Shown here piece after piece: positions 25,741 to 41,056 of a DNA stretch of 64,000 nt. Source of the DNA: Chrysomallon squamiferum (Eukaryota; Animalia; Mollusca); NCBI GenBank assembly GCA_012295275.1, contig CM022672.1:30566001-30630000 (forward strand). Reading direction: 5' to 3'. The number at the start of each line of letters is the position of its first letter. The first letter of the stretch is position 1. A model generated the notes under the pieces. The model was given only the letters and a program-made list of their open reading frames with translations, was not told the DNA's origin and searched no databases. A program made the translations under genes and the position numbers.

Positions 25741-28614
25741 GTTCTCATTTTGTTTTTTTTTGTTTTTTTATGGTGGGGAGTCACTGAACATTTATTTAGT
25801 AATTTTGATTATTATTTTAGTCTTATTATTAATGTAATGTTTAATTACACTAATTATATTTATTTCTTTAAAAGGAAAAGAAAAGAAAGAAAGTAATTTT
25901 AATTAACTGATCTTAGTACAAGATTTCATGTTTTTAGATAGACGTACTCGCATTAAATCAATTGTAATTATGTTGCAGTGTAGTAGGGTTATAAGCTATG
26001 AAACACATTTATAAATATTATAACAGTCTGTTTAACTGGGTTTTGTTCCACCATATTCAATGCTGGATGAGGGCTTTCTAGAAGATCACAGATAGCCATT
26101 ATATATGCAATACACGGTTGCAAAATACTAATGCCTATTTACAATTCATTTTCGTAATTCAGTTATGGCAGAATGGCTTGAGAACAACTTTCTATGTACG
26201 ATAGATTCAAAACAATTGCAGCTGATTTTGATATTTCTGAAACAGTGAGCACTGCTGGGGTCTAATACTGGGTGGGACAATGTAATCGCTGGACCAGGAC
26301 AGATTTAGCAGATAACTCGCTACTTCGTGTTATACATTTGCCAAGGATCATACTGCTGTTATGCATTATATAGTGTACATCTATGTACAGGCGTATATAG
26401 GCCTCCAAAAAGCAATTACCTAATTTGATTTTTGTACCACACGTCACTCTGACCAACTGTGATATTATTAGACAAGTTAAATTAACGAACGGAACCCGTG
26501 TCGTCCAATCTGCCGTTGGTGCGTGCGTAATCAGATATACAGGTCTATTATTACGATTGCATTGTATGATGGTAATTTTTACTGTTTAGTATACTGACAT
26601 ATTTAGCTTTTCAATACATTTTACTTCATGCATATATGTTTTGTTGATTGGCAATAAAATTAATGTCACTTTCACTCAGAAATAAGGTATGGATAAGTTC
26701 AGTGAAGATAAACTAAAGACTAAAATCAGGTAGAGCTTGGAGGAAACAACAACAAGCAGTCTGCATGAATTTTTTTTTTCAGATAGCTGTGTTTCACAAA
26801 CATCATTCATACACACCTTTTTATACGCAACCTCGACCAAACAGAAGCCCGATATAAACAGCTTTATTTGCTCTCAAGTATAAAATATTTTGCCATACGA
26901 ACGCGGAAGCAAAACCTTGACGAAAATATTTTTTAAAGTCTATTGACTATTTTCAGAAAACAGACGCGTTACAAAAATTATCATCGCAAAGAGAAATGCT
27001 TCGTCTTGAAGCAACTACACGAACTTCTTCCTATCGTGTTTTCTGCCGAACGGCGCAGTAATTGATGACCAATGAAGCCGGTTCACACCCGAGTCAGAAA
27101 ACGACTGACAAAGCCGATTCTCAGCAACCAGAATCTCCTGAATTCTGTTTCACGGTTCTTGACTATGAGCAAAATGATCATACTTTTCATAAACTGTCAA
27201 TTGAACCATCATAAAATTACTATTTAAGTGATTAAGTCTGGGTTAAAATGATATCGAAGCTAGTTACGTATACACTGTTTAACTCTGCCTCCACCTTGGT
27301 CAATAAATCTCAAAGTTGTTTAGGCATGATATTAGTTACAGACTGTGTGTTGGAGGAGGCCTTCAGCACAGACGGTTTTGGAAAGTTTATTTATTTCTGA
27401 TGACTGAAAACGCTAAACATGCAGGGTCACGTGACGCCAGTTTCTTAGCTACTGCTGTGGAAAAAAATTGTTTAATCTGTAGTAAGTTTTCGGCGGTTGT
27501 GGTAGTGCCTTGGAAATAATATTGGAAATCATTATGGAATAAATGGGTTCAACTGGTGTTAGTGTGTTCTTAATTTATTCTCATTCTAAATTGCTTTGAA
27601 CTTTTTAAAAGAAAAACAATGAACCCCTTAAAAATTGATATTTCTTATTTTCTAATTTATATCTTCTGAATGTATTTCTTCAACTAGATCTTATCACTGA
27701 TTAATTTGACATGAAATATATATTTATAGTACAAGTAGATGTGAAGATTTTATTTTGTTTTATCTAATGCAACTTAATAATTTTACCAATTTCGGCTTGA
27801 CATATCAACGCAAATATACTTTGCAGAGATATAAGAAAAATTAGAGTGAATACTTGCACCTCTTGGTATGATTTATTCTGGTTTAACAAAGAAAGTCTCG
27901 CTTCAGAATCTTGCAACTGTGCGCAAACAGCTCTCTAGCTATTTGAATGACAAGTTTGAATTTGTTTTATAATTGAAATGAAAATAAAAAGATGAACAGT
28001 TATGTTTAGGAATCATCATTATATTTCCAAAAGAGAAAATGTGTTTTGAGTCACCCAAAAACTGCATATTCTCTGTTTGATGTAATTAATGATATTGATT
28101 TTAAAGATAATAAACAAAAATATAAACAAAATGTTTTGTGTTTTTAGTACCATATCTCTGTCTTATTTTCTATTTTCTTCTTTTATTCATTACATTTGTA
28201 TCTTCTACAGAAATGTATTCAATTGTTTACATGTTTGGAAGACAAAACACTTTCATGACAGCTTGAATGTCCGTTATCTGAAATTTCGAAATCCGAAAAG
28301 CTCAGAAATACTGGTATGCATCAGTTTTAGCAGTGTTTTGCACATACTAACATTATTTTATGCCATAAAATTATTAAAAACTGTTTGTATAAGCTGTATA
28401 TGAAATTTAGATAGAATTCGTGTTTAGACTTAGATCCTATTCTCAGGCCATCTTCTTATATTCCAAAATTCGAGACATTCTCAAATCCGGTACAGTTCCG
28501 ACCCTGAGCATTTCGGACGAAGAATTCTTAGCCTGTAGTTATTTGTTTTTTAAGAGTTATTTCCCTTCCATGTGGCTCATTTTATTTATTTATTTATTTA
28601 TTTATTTAATTATA

Positions 28615-28659
<45 letters not shown>

Positions 28660-29128
28660 TTGATGCCCTGTAATAACATTCTGATATAAATTGTTCGATT
28701 GTTTATTTTCTTTTGTTGTTGTTATTTGTAACATTTTATTTTATTTACTTATTTGTTTATCTTAAATAATATTTCAGTTTACTGAAGAGTGAAGAAAAAG
28801 ACAAATGTCTACATGCAGATAAGAATAAATTGTCTAATAAATTTGTTTTATGCTTCGGTATTATTATTTGCTGTTATATGTGATCCATCTTCACCCATAA
28901 CGAAAACTACTAAAATAAAGTAAGTGAGAAAAGATTTAACGCCGCGATTTAATTATGTCGCTACTGGAATTATGACGTCATCATAAACTTGATAGATGTA
29001 ATCATTCGTACAACACTAGAAACAATTTAGAGAAAATCAGGCCACCTCATACGTGATGACGTCATTACCTAAAACTACCGAGGTTGAAACAAATCTTTTG
29101 GGGTAATTTTCATTAGTAATTAAGACTG

Positions 29129-29171
<43 letters not shown>

Positions 29172-29464
29172 CTTGGACGTATGCGCGCTTGTTAATAATA
29201 ATAATCTTTGGAAAGATATTTATTCTATTTGTCACTTGTTTAAATAAATAACACCTCGTTCTCTTCGTTATTCTGATGCTATGTGTTTATTAGTTTATTT
29301 TCATATGATACACAGAACAACATATTGTTATTACTTATCAAGTAACATATGTATAAATCCATTTATATGTAATAGTTATAGTATAAAAAATTTAATATCA
29401 TAACAAATCAAGCTGTATTAATCTTACATTTTTTATTTTCTTTCAGTGGACTCTTTGACACAAA

Positions 29465-31276
29465 TTAGCATGCACCAAATGAGCAAGCTGATACTTTTGT
29501 GTCCCAGACTGTTCCTGGTGGACAAGCAGACTTGTAAGCCACACCATTGACACACAGGACAAAATAACCACAAGTCTTTCCAGCAATGAAGACAACTCCT
29601 ACTTTAGGACAGCCATCTGAAAAGGATGATAGTAAAATAAATGCCTGTAATAAACACACTTATCAGCCCTATGTCAATCACTGACAAATATTTTGTTTAT
29701 TTATATTACTGATTTCTACAAATACAAAATTCTACAGTTTTAATAAACTCTGACTGTTTAATTTATAATTACTAAAGAAAATTAAAATCATTGCTAATAT
29801 TAAGGAAATGAAACAGAACACTGAGGTATGAGTGTACCTGTGTATGTAAATCATGAAATTATTAAAACATTTCTCATCATGACATTGTTAGCTATTAACA
29901 TGTTTTACACTCAAATCTAATTTTTCTATCTTCATTAATTACCAACCAGGACGACATTTCTCTGTGTTACAGAGAACAGTTTTCACTTCAGTTGTTTCTC
30001 CTTCACATGAATTTCCACCATTTGTAGGAGCAGGATTATCACATGTTCTGCTTCTTGACTGGTTTTTGTATCCTGTTCCGCACAGTTTTGAACATTCAGT
30101 AACATTCTTCCATTCTGACCAAGTACTCCAGCCACCATCAACTGTTAATAGTATAAATTTGTATTTATGACTGACATGAGCTTCGAAAAAAATGAAATTA
30201 AAATTTAGATATAAACTTATCGCCGATTACGTAGTTTAGATTATAAGAATCTTGAATTTCCACTGTTATTAATCAACAGGAAAACCCACTTAAGATATAC
30301 ATTATTAATTACTAACCACCACCACATTCCTCTATATTACAGGGAACAACTTTCATTTCAGTTGTTTCTCCTTCACATGACTCTCCACCATTTTTAGGAA
30401 CAGGATTGTCACATGTTCTGCTTCTTGATTGGTTTTTGTATCCTGTTCCACACAGTTTTGAACATTCAGTAACATTCTTCCATTCCGACCAAGTACTCCA
30501 ACCACCATCAACTGTTAATAGTATACATTTATAGTTATATCTGAACACTGCATTCAAAGCAAATGAAATCAAAATTTAGACATAAACTTATCACAGATGA
30601 CATACTTTAGATTATCAGAATCTTGAATTTCTAGTGTTATTAATCATCAAAAATGGTCTTAATGGTACCTTTTTTTTTTTTTTTTTTCTCTTCCTACAAT
30701 GGATTAGGAGTTGCAGTTAATCAGGAACAACTTAACAGTTTAACTTTGTAACTGAGTTAAAAGACTGCTAAACATCTTTTTTGTAAAGATTTACATTACT
30801 GACTACTAACCTGGACATGGCTCTGTGTTACAGGGAACATCTTTCACTTCAGTTGTTTCTCCTTCACATGACTTTCCACCATTTGTAGGAGCAGGATTAT
30901 CACATGTTCTGCTTCTTGACTGGTTTTTGTACCCTGTTCCACAGAGTTCTGAACATTCAGTAACATTATTCCATTCCGACCAAGTACTCCAACCACCATC
31001 AACTGTTAATAATATAAATTTGTATTTATACATCTGAACACTGCATTGAAAACAAATCCAATTAAAATTAATCATCAAAACTCTTAAAGGCAGTAAAGTG
31101 AGAATTTGTTTTGTTTCTTTTGAAATTAAGTATAAGAAAAATGATAATTTAGTTTAAAACATCTGTTTTGAAGATATTCTGAAGAGATATCGTATTTTCT
31201 CATCAACCCTTGGAGCTAGTAATAATCTAAAAAATAATTAATTAGTAAATCATTTTATGCTTTATCAACTTCAACA

Positions 31277-31309
<33 letters not shown>

Positions 31310-32725
31310 TAAGAAAAATTTCGTTTTTTAAAAAGTGCTGTCAATTGAAAATGATGGATAAATGTATATTAAATTACTTGGACATGCTTGCAGATTACAG
31401 CTGGATGTTTTGTTTTCAGTGTTAGATCCATGGCACCAATGTCCACCATAGGCAGGCACTGGATTAGTGCAAGTTCTGCTCCTGATTCCCACTTGATTTC
31501 CACCTCCACAAGTTTTGCTGCATTCATCGTATGACCAATCTGACCAAGATCCCCACCCACCATCCACTGCAAAATAAAGAATATATGTACTTACTACTAC
31601 CAACATATATTGCTATATTATACAGGCAAAAACACACTCACAATTTAGATATAATCTTATCACTGACCACATAGTTTAGATTATAAGAATCTTGGATTTT
31701 CATTGTTATTAATTCTCAAAAATAGTCTTAATGATAGTGGATTTTTTTTTTTTTTTTTTTTTTTTTTTGTATCCCTACAATGGATTAAAGGTAGCAATTA
31801 ATTAGTGCGAACTTTGCAAATGAGATAAAAGACTTCTAAACATAACACTTTATTTTCTTGTTTCTTCATTTTTTATTCTTGAGATATACATTATTGACTG
31901 CTAACCTGGACATGGCTCTGTGTTACAGGAAACATTTTTTGATTCGGCTGTTTCTCCTTCACATGACTTTCCACCATTTGTAGGAGCAGGATTATCACAT
32001 GTTCTGTTTCTTGACTGGTTTTTGTATCCTGTTCCACACAGCTTTGAACATTCAGTAACATTCTTCCATTCCGACCAAGTACTCCAACCACCATCAACTG
32101 TTAATAATTTAAATATGTGTTTATATGAACCAGTGCATTGAAAACAAGTGACATTAAAATGTAGATTAAACCTTTGTTGATCCCCAGTTCAGTCTATTTC
32201 TTATGTATTTCTAGAAACTTAATCATCAAAACATTTTAATGGCAGTTAAGTGAGAAAGAAATAACATTTTTATTTTAAATGAACTATAATAAAAATGTTA
32301 ATTTAGTTTAAAACATCTGTTTTGAAGATATTCAGAAGACATATCGTATTTTGTCATAAACTCCTGGAGCTAGTAATATTCTAAAAAATAATTAATTATT
32401 AAAACATTTTATGCTTTATCAACTTCAACACTTCATTTTTTGAAAAGTGCTGTCTATTGAAAATAATGGATAAGTGTATATCAAATTACTTGGACATGCT
32501 TGCAGATTACAGCTGGATGTTTGGTTTTCAGTGTTAGATCCATTGCACCAATGTCCACCATAGGCAGGCACTGGATTAGTGCAATTTCTGCTCCTGATTC
32601 CCGCTTGAAATTCCACCTCCACAAGTTTTGCTGCATTCATCGTATGACCAATCTGACCAAGATGCCCACCCACCATCCACTGTAAAATAAATAGTACACG
32701 TATTTACTACTACCAACATATATTG

Positions 32726-32769
<44 letters not shown>

Positions 32770-34905
32770 ATTTAGATATAATCTTATCACTGACCACATA
32801 GTTTAGATTATAAGAATCTTGAATTTCCACTGTTATTAATTCTCAGAAATAGTCTTAGTGGTGGTGGTGGTGGGGGCTTTGTGTCCCTAGAATGGATTAA
32901 AGGTTGCAATTAATTAGTTCCAACTTTAGCCGTTAACTTTGGAATTCAGATAAAAGACTTCTAAACTTTTTTTTTTTTTTTTCTTCTTCTTTTTTTCTTC
33001 TGTTTTCTTTTCTTTTGAGATATACATTATTGACTACTAACCTGGACATGGCTCTGTGTTACAGGGAACATCTTTCACTTCAGTTGTTTCTCCTTCACAT
33101 GACTTTCCAGCATTTTTAGGAGAAGGATTATCACATGTTCTGCTTCTTGACTGGTTTTTGAATCCTGTTCCACACAGTTTTGAACATTCAGTAAGATTCT
33201 TCCATTCCGACCAAGTACTCCAACCACCATCAACTGTTAATAATATAAATTTGTGTTCATATATCTGATCACTGCATTCAAAACAAGTGTAATTAAAATG
33301 TAGATTTAAACTTTTGTTGATCCCCAGTTCAGTCTATTTCTTATGTACTTCTATAGACTAAATCATCAAATATCTTAATGGCAGTTAAGTGAGAAAAGAA
33401 TAATATTTTCATTTTAAATGCACTATAAGAAAAATTATAATTTAGTTTAAAACATCTGTTTTGAAGATATTCAGAAGAGATCGTATTTTGTCATAAACTC
33501 TTGGAGCTAGTAATATTCTAAAGTAAATAATTAATTATTAAAACATTTTATGCTTTATCAATTTCAACATTTCGTTTTTTAAAAGTGCTGTATATTGAAA
33601 ATAATGGATAACTGTATATTAAATTACTTGGACATGCTTGCAGGTTACAGCTGGATGTTTGGTTTTCAGTGTTAGATCCATTGCACCAATGTCCACCATA
33701 GGCAGGCACTGGATTAGTGCAATTTCTGCTCCTGATTCCCGCACGAATTCCACCTCCACAAGTTTTGCTGCATTCATCGTATGACCAATCAGACCAAGAT
33801 GCCCACCCACCATCCACTGTAAAATAAAGAGTATACGTACTTACCTACTACCAACATATATATATATTTATATATACAGCACATACATGCAGGGACGAAC
33901 TCACATTTACTCATTTATTAATTATGGGACAAACAATTTACAATTTATTTGAGGATTTCAAAGAATGTAGCCCTCAAAATGAAACAAGGACATGCACTAC
34001 ATAATTATTATATTACTGACATTAATATAACACTTACCTCCACATTTGTTTGTATTGCAGATCACATTCTGTTTTTGGACACTGGACCCCGAACAATAAC
34101 TTCCACCATTTCGAGGTGATGGATTGTTGCACGACCTAGTTCTTTTCTGATTTTTGATTCCATATCCACATGGCCTAGAACAGTCACTGGTGTCAACCCA
34201 GGAAGACCACCTGCTCCAGCCACCATTAACTAATCATAAATAAGATATTTAAGTTTATAACAAATGTAAATTACAGTTAAATGATTGGTGCAAAGGCTTT
34301 TGGCCTCATATTATTTCTTAGGCAAGTAAGAACTTAAATTTGCTGACAGGGCTATTTCCCATTTCTGTAATTACCGAATGCCGTGTTTCTGAAATGCAGT
34401 AGTATTTGTTTGTCCAAGTATAAAAATCGAAAGCATTTAAATGATGATTAATGGTTATTCAGTGAAAAGTGGTGAATGGAATATTTTTTGTTGTTTTTGT
34501 TCTTTTCTTTTTTGTTTTCTTTTTTATCATCAACAGAGAAAACGTAAATGGCAGACATTAAATAAAATTTAAATGTGCTGGACTGTCCTAATGAAAAATC
34601 CCAACAAAATTCAACTAACAAATAGCACTAATGCTGGCTGCCTTAAGTAAAAGAAGAGTGGAATAATATCTATTTAATATCCAAAGGAACAAGAATAAAG
34701 AAAAACCATTTACGGAATGTTAATGAATTGTAAAGCATTAAAATACATAACTATTTGCAAGGAATAGTAAAGTTACAACAAAGGCTAACATTGATAAGTC
34801 ATACTTACTTACAGGAGGTGACCTACTACTGCTTTCGGACCAAAACCACCAGGCTTCAGTAGAGACCACTAATACACACACGATTAACAGTGTAAACAGT
34901 TTCAT
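29465..34905 (-). CDS. TSR-CBM14 paralog C: signal peptide + 9 TSP1 repeats (a,b,c,b,c,b,c,c,c) + chitin-binding type-2 domain; ~657 aa if the single +1 indel is an error
   Basis: Exons 34809-34905 ([32 protein letters not shown]), 34038-34229, 33628-33816, 33042-33233, 32490-32679 (190 nt, +1 at ~32609), 31906-32097, 31378-31566, 30811-31002, 30317-30511, 29947-30141, 29465-29616. All phase 1 with GT-AG; AATAAA at 29432-29437. Confidence 0.85.
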
Positions 34906-37300
34906 CTATGACAAAATACAGAACAAATATAGATATACAGATTATATATGAACACAAACATAGTATGCTACAGTCACACAAATACTCATACACATCCATA
35001 AAGATGAAATCCAGTCACAAAAAGAAAATATCACAGCATTTGAAATTTCTTCAAACCTCCTTGAAAAAAGGATAAATATAGCAATCCCAAATAAATAATA
35101 AATAAAAATAAATTAATGAAAATAAATTGTTAAATATATGAAACAAACAGCCAAAGCAAAATAAATAATTTTAACTAAAAATAAAGTATAATTAACCTTC
35201 GGATGCGGATTGTTTGGATTTATTGTATGTACAAATTTAAAAACTATATATAGATAAATGGTGAGGATTGTAACACAATGGCTGGGAACACACACTGACA
35301 CAGAGAACAGGCAAAATGAAATCAATACACAGGATATAATTAACTCGCACTGGAGACATCTGTCGTTATATCAGATTTTTCCTTCATATAACGTTACTCT
35401 TCATGAAAAAGAGATATCATTGGAAATATTTAAAATATTACTGTTCATATAATAATGAAGAATAAAAAAAACTTTTTAAACTTAAAAATATGTGATGATT
35501 TGCTTGTATACTTGGGTATCAAGATTAGGAATAAATTAATGGAAACAGTATGTTTTCATTTTATAATACTAACAATTGATTTCTGTCATTCATATAATCA
35601 TATTTGTATAATCAATATACTGTTGCATGTAATAATGTTTATATAAAATGATGTCTCGCTTCAGGTCTCGTGAGAAAGGTGAAAAGAATCAGTCCTTTAA
35701 CCATCTGTTGCTTTGGCAATCATCTCCCTTTCAGCTTTCCACAGTTTATCAGTGTTAAAATTTTGATATTTGAAACCTCAAACTTCATCTAGTACTTATC
35801 CATGCTTAAAAGCTGCAAACATTGAGAAACAGTATATATCATTGTTTAAAGCATCACGGAAATTCAGGTGTTACTGAAATAAAATATTTTGTGAAATCTG
35901 TTATGAAATAAAGTGATTCCTCTAAAACTGACATTTGAGAAATTTCGTTGTCAAGCAATCAAGAACAGACAATAGTGTTCAACAGCTGGACTCACTGTTT
36001 AAAGTTTCTATGAGAGATAATGCATAAACTTTGCATCATCCATAAAATCAGGGCAGATCAAGGATTTCAGGACCGTGTCTAAAATGTTATGTACTGCTCT
36101 GGTGAATGCAATTCAAATTAAGTATTTGTTTCTTGCTGATTTTTCTTTTAACAGATATGTCACATTAGGAACAAATTTCACATTTTAAAGTTATCCAGAA
36201 TGGTTTGACATTAAACTTTGAAAAATATTAAGAAATTTTCCTCATGGTATTTAATAGTAATTATTTATTCCTATTTATAATTCACTAACAAAAGACAATA
36301 TTCTTTCGCTTTTGATAATCGAGTTATGGCAGAATGGCTAATCGCGGAATATGACAAAGTGCTGTTTTAAATAATAAAGAAACTCTTCATAACTGCATTA
36401 ATTAATTTAATTCAGACATAATCCTCACATATGTATTATTACTAATATAACAAAATCAAAAATATAATTTTAAAAAGGGTTACCATTAATGAGTTAAGTA
36501 GAATTAGTGCACCCCTGCTATTTTATTTATTTTTATATATATATATATATATCATTGCATAAAGAGTTTATTTATATAATATTAACTATATTTGATACCT
36601 GTTATCGCCCCCTCCCCCTCAAGAAATTCATAGTACAGTTCCGATCCAATCCAATTTTACATGTGTACTTTTAAACACATATAGTTGTAGAATGTTTTAA
36701 ATTTTGTTTAATATTTTAAATTTAAGAACAAGTAAAAAGACAACTTTTTTTAATCATTTCATATTAAGATACATGTAGCAAGAGAACAAGTTTGTTTTAA
36801 AATTTATTCATATTTCATATATTCACTCTAATTCTTTTTGCCATTGGTTAATTTACGTGATAAATTAAACAGTATATATACGTTGATTTGCTGATTTGCT
36901 TTTTCAATCCTCTTTTTTTTTTTTTTTGATCATTCTGTTGCATTTACGGTCCTTACTCTAATTCAGTTCTGCACTCTAGAATTCAGTGCGATGAAAAGCA
37001 AAACTAAAAAGGGTAAAATAATTTGTTCAACTCTCATCTGTTTACATCCACCAGACGCCATTTGTAGACGTCATTTGATTGACAGGTGTCAGAGCCGAGC
37101 ACTCATTGACAAGATGCGGAGGAGTTTTACGGAACAGCGAGTTTCAACATCTAATATTGATTTTGACCTTATCAGAGCCAGTAACTTAAAACTTTGGCCA
37201 ATAACGGATAATATAAATGTCCTTAGTCATGTAAATATGTTTTAAAATTTGAGAAAATATGTGTAATGTGGATTCACTCAGGAAACTTGCTATATATATA

Positions 37301-38734
37301 CTCTCCCAAAAAAGAAACGCAAAATGGTTGATTTCTTAGATAACTATTGTAAACTGACACATATCGATGAATATAATGACATTTGGTGATTCAAACGTAT
37401 AGCTTTTGTTACAGTCGCCAAAAAAACAGGTAAACAAAATAAAGGCTATGATCGTGTTTATTAGCCAAAACGTCCCCGCATGCAAAACACGTTACCAGTG
37501 CATGTGCACGTGCGGCACATGAAACTTGAATACGAGGGTTATAAAAAATGCAAGGTTTCCGAATACTTCTCTTCGTTATTTTTGTTCTGACCCAACATCA
37601 AACAAATGCCACGACTGAGTGAACCGCAACGAAACAACGCCATCGGCCGTTTACAAGCTGGCGAATCCTTCTCGGCTGTAGCCCTGGTGTTCCATGTATC
37701 CCCAAGCACCATCTTGAGAATGTGGTATCAGTTCCAGCAACACCAAACAACACGAGACCGTCCCAGATCAGGTGGACTACGTGTAACCATCAGGGCCCAA
37801 GACTGCTATATACCGGTACTTCATCGACGGGAAAGAATCATAACGGCAACCTCTACTGCTTCAGGAATACGAGGTCTGCGTAGAATATCGACTCAGACGG
37901 TGCGCAATCGTTTACGCGAGGCAGGTATTTGAGCCAGACAGCCTGTAAGAAGAGTGGTTTTCACTCAACAACATCGTCGACTACGACGTCAGTGGTGTCA
38001 AGTGCACAGAGTCTGGCCTCAATTACGATGGAAAAAGTCTGGTTTAGTGACGGAGCTCGATTTCTGCTTCGTCGAGCTGATGGAACATGTCCAGTTTACA
38101 GACGTCGTGGTGAACGTTTTGCTGCAAACTGCATACAAGAAGCGGACAGATTTGGCGGTGGTAGTGTGATGGTGTGGGCAGCAATCTCATACACTGGCAA
38201 CCTAACGGCACAGAGATACCGAGATTAAATTTTGCAGCCACATGTCGCTCCAGTTATGAATAATGGTAACGCTGTATTCCAGCACGACAATGCGAGACCA
38301 CATACAGCCAAACTCACAACAGCGTACCTACACAATAATAACATTCAGATCCTGCCCTGGCCCTCGAAATCTCCAGATTTGGACCCTATAGAGCATTTAT
38401 GGGACGAGTTGGATAGACGACTGAGGCAGCATCAACCACAGCCACAGAATCGTGCTCAGTTGGCATTATTACTACAGACAGAGTGGGCTACCATTCGTAA
38501 TCTCATTATGGCCATGGGAAGATGTCAGGCAGTTCTGGACCCCATGGGGCCACACAAGGTATTGATATTAGAATGTTATAATCTTGAACGTTAACCTTTT
38601 CAATATAATATCATCAATATTAATGAATTGCGAAAGTGTGTGTAAAATGAACATTCTGCTGCAATTTGTTGATCCATTAGATAAATATTCCCAATGTCAA
38701 TAAAATCTACATTTGCGTTTCTTTTTTGTTAGAG
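37301..38734 (+). mobile_element. Full-length but inactivated Tc1-family (DD34E) transposon
   Basis: TIRs ctctcccaaaaaagaaacgcaaa / tttgcgtttcttttttgttagag within a TA run. Transposase from 37606 (MPRLSEPQRNNAIGRLQAG..., paired-like HTH) with WFSD, FQHDNARPH and WPSKSPDLDPIEHLW; 34 residues between the second D and E. Stops and frameshifts at ~37930, ~38035, ~38226. Confidence 0.93.
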
Positions 38735-41056
38735 TATATATATCACTTCTGATTAGAGTTCATGTAAATTTTTCAATATATGTTTGTATGTAGATGTATG
38801 CAGATGTCTACATATTGTATTTATTTTGATGAATAATCATAATGTTTAATAAAATAACTATAACTTTATTTTATTAAGTACATGTGTGTATGTGTGCGTG
38901 TATCCGTGTATACCACTATATCTGACGTTTAATATCTCTTAAAAAAAAAAACAATATGTTGTATTTTATTTATTAACTGATTATGCACGCACCAACGGTA
39001 TAGGAAAAAACGCGAGATTTGACGATACAGATTCGGTTGGTCAGTTTAACATCTTCGCTTAACTTGTCAGTTAATATCAGAGTTGGTCAAAGTGACATGT
39101 GGTACAAAAATCAAATTAGCTCATTGTGTTTTGGAGGCCCTTATCTAGGCCTATATAAAAGGCTTGTACATAGATGTACAGTATTTCTGCGACGGACACA
39201 CCCACTGACTTGTCAGAAAGCGTGCCCATCGTAGACGTGCTTCACAACAGCTAGCTCTGATCAGAACGTTAATTTTTTTCAAGGTTCAAGGTAATGAGTA
39301 AAACATAGATAATTCACGTTGGTCTTAGCATAAACTCTTCTATTTTAGGAACAAATTTGATTACTAGCAACCGTGTATTGCATATATAATGGCTATCTGT
39401 GATCTTCTAGAAAGCTCTCATCCAGCATTAAATATGGTGGAACATAACCCAGTTAAACAGACTGTTGTAATATTTGTAAACGTGTCTCATAAGTTATTAA
39501 CCCTACTACACTGCAACATAATTATAATTGATTTAATGCAACTATTTATAATTGATTTAATGCAATTATATCTATCTAAAATCATGAAATATTCTGTGAA
39601 GATCAACTAATTAAAATATTTTCTTTCCTTTCTTTTCTTTTTAAAGAAATAAAAAATATATATATTTATGAATTTTTATCATAATTGTTATTATTATTAT
39701 TAATGTAATGTTTAATTACACTAATAGAAAGCTATATATATATATGAAACCGGTTCACTCCCGAGTCAGGAAACGACTGACAAAGCCGATTCTCAGCAAC
39801 CAGAATCTCTTGAATTCTGTTTCACGGTTCTTGACTGTGAGGAAAATCATCATACTTTTCATAAACTGTCAGTTGAACCATCATAAAACTACTATTTAAG
39901 TTTAGCACAAAAGGCTGTGAAGGTTTTGCGCAGTTAATTTATTTCTGAAGCCGAAAAAACGAAATATGTTTTGTCACATGACTTGAGTTTCTCAACTATT
40001 GTTGTGAACCAAAACAGCTTTCTCATTTACAATTGCTTATTTGTTGTGTTTACCTTTTTATTTGTTTTTTTTCAGCAGTTGTGGCAATGCATTTGGAAAT
40101 GATATTGGAATAAATGTGTTTAGTTGGTGTTAGTGTGATTTTAATATATTCTCATTCTAAAGTGCTTTCAACTTGTCAAAAGATAATCCCCTTAAAAATT
40201 AACATTTCAGATTTTGTGGTTAATATCTTCTGAATGTATTTCGTCATAGGGATATTATCCCTGATTAATTTGGCATAAACTTTATATTCATAGTAAAAAT
40301 AGAAGTGAAAATTAAAAAAAAAAAAGTGTTTTAATCTAATGCAAATTAATAATTTTACCAACTTTGGCTTCACATATGAAAGTAAATATACTTTGCAGAG
40401 TTATAAGAAAAATTAGACTGACTATTGACAATATTTGCCATGATTTATTATGACATAAGCTTTATCAAAGGCAGTTTCACTTCAGAATCCAGACTGACAA
40501 TTGTGTGAAAACGTAGTTATTTGTTTTTAGTGGTGTTGGTCTTTTAAGAGTTATTTCCCTTCCATTTGGCTCAATTTTGTTTTATTATTTATTTATTTAT
40601 TTATTTCTTCTTCTTCTTCTTCTTCTTCTTCTTATTATTATTGCCCTTTAAAAACATTTTAATTAAAAATTTGAGATTGTTTATTTTGTTTTGTTGTTGT
40701 TATTTGTAACATTTTTAAAAAAATGTTTTTATCTTTTTCAGTATCGTAAATAATATTTCAGTTTACTGTAGAAAGAGACAAAGTTCTACATGGAGATAAC
40801 GATAAATACTCGAATAATTTGTTTTATTCTTCAATAATATTATTTGCTGTTATGTCTGATCTATATCGCTAATAATAAAAACATTCTAGAATAAAATAAT
40901 AGTTACAAATGACTTAACGCCGCGATTTTACTATTTCTCAACTGGAATTGTGACGTCATCATAGATTTGCTGTATTACGAGATGTTCTCATTCTGACAAC
41001 ACAGAAAAATCTTTAAAGCAAATCAGGCTGTCACATAAGTGATGACGTCATTACCC

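Noticed and set aside
16636-33268. Plus-strand ORFs such as [10 protein letters not shown]... recurring several times
   Set aside because: Antisense shadows of TSR exons. The alternative-frame ORFs MVAGAAG..., MMVVGV... and MVGGHLG... are likewise off-frame readings.
39019-39610. ORFs repeated at 39.0, 61.2 and 63.5 kb (MT(I)Q(I/V)RLVSL...; MAICDLLES...)
   Set aside because: Conserved only because they lie in recent duplications; non-ATG starts or no domain features, and more diverged copies (13.3 kb, 26.0-26.5 kb, 47.3 kb) do not show the same ORFs in the track.
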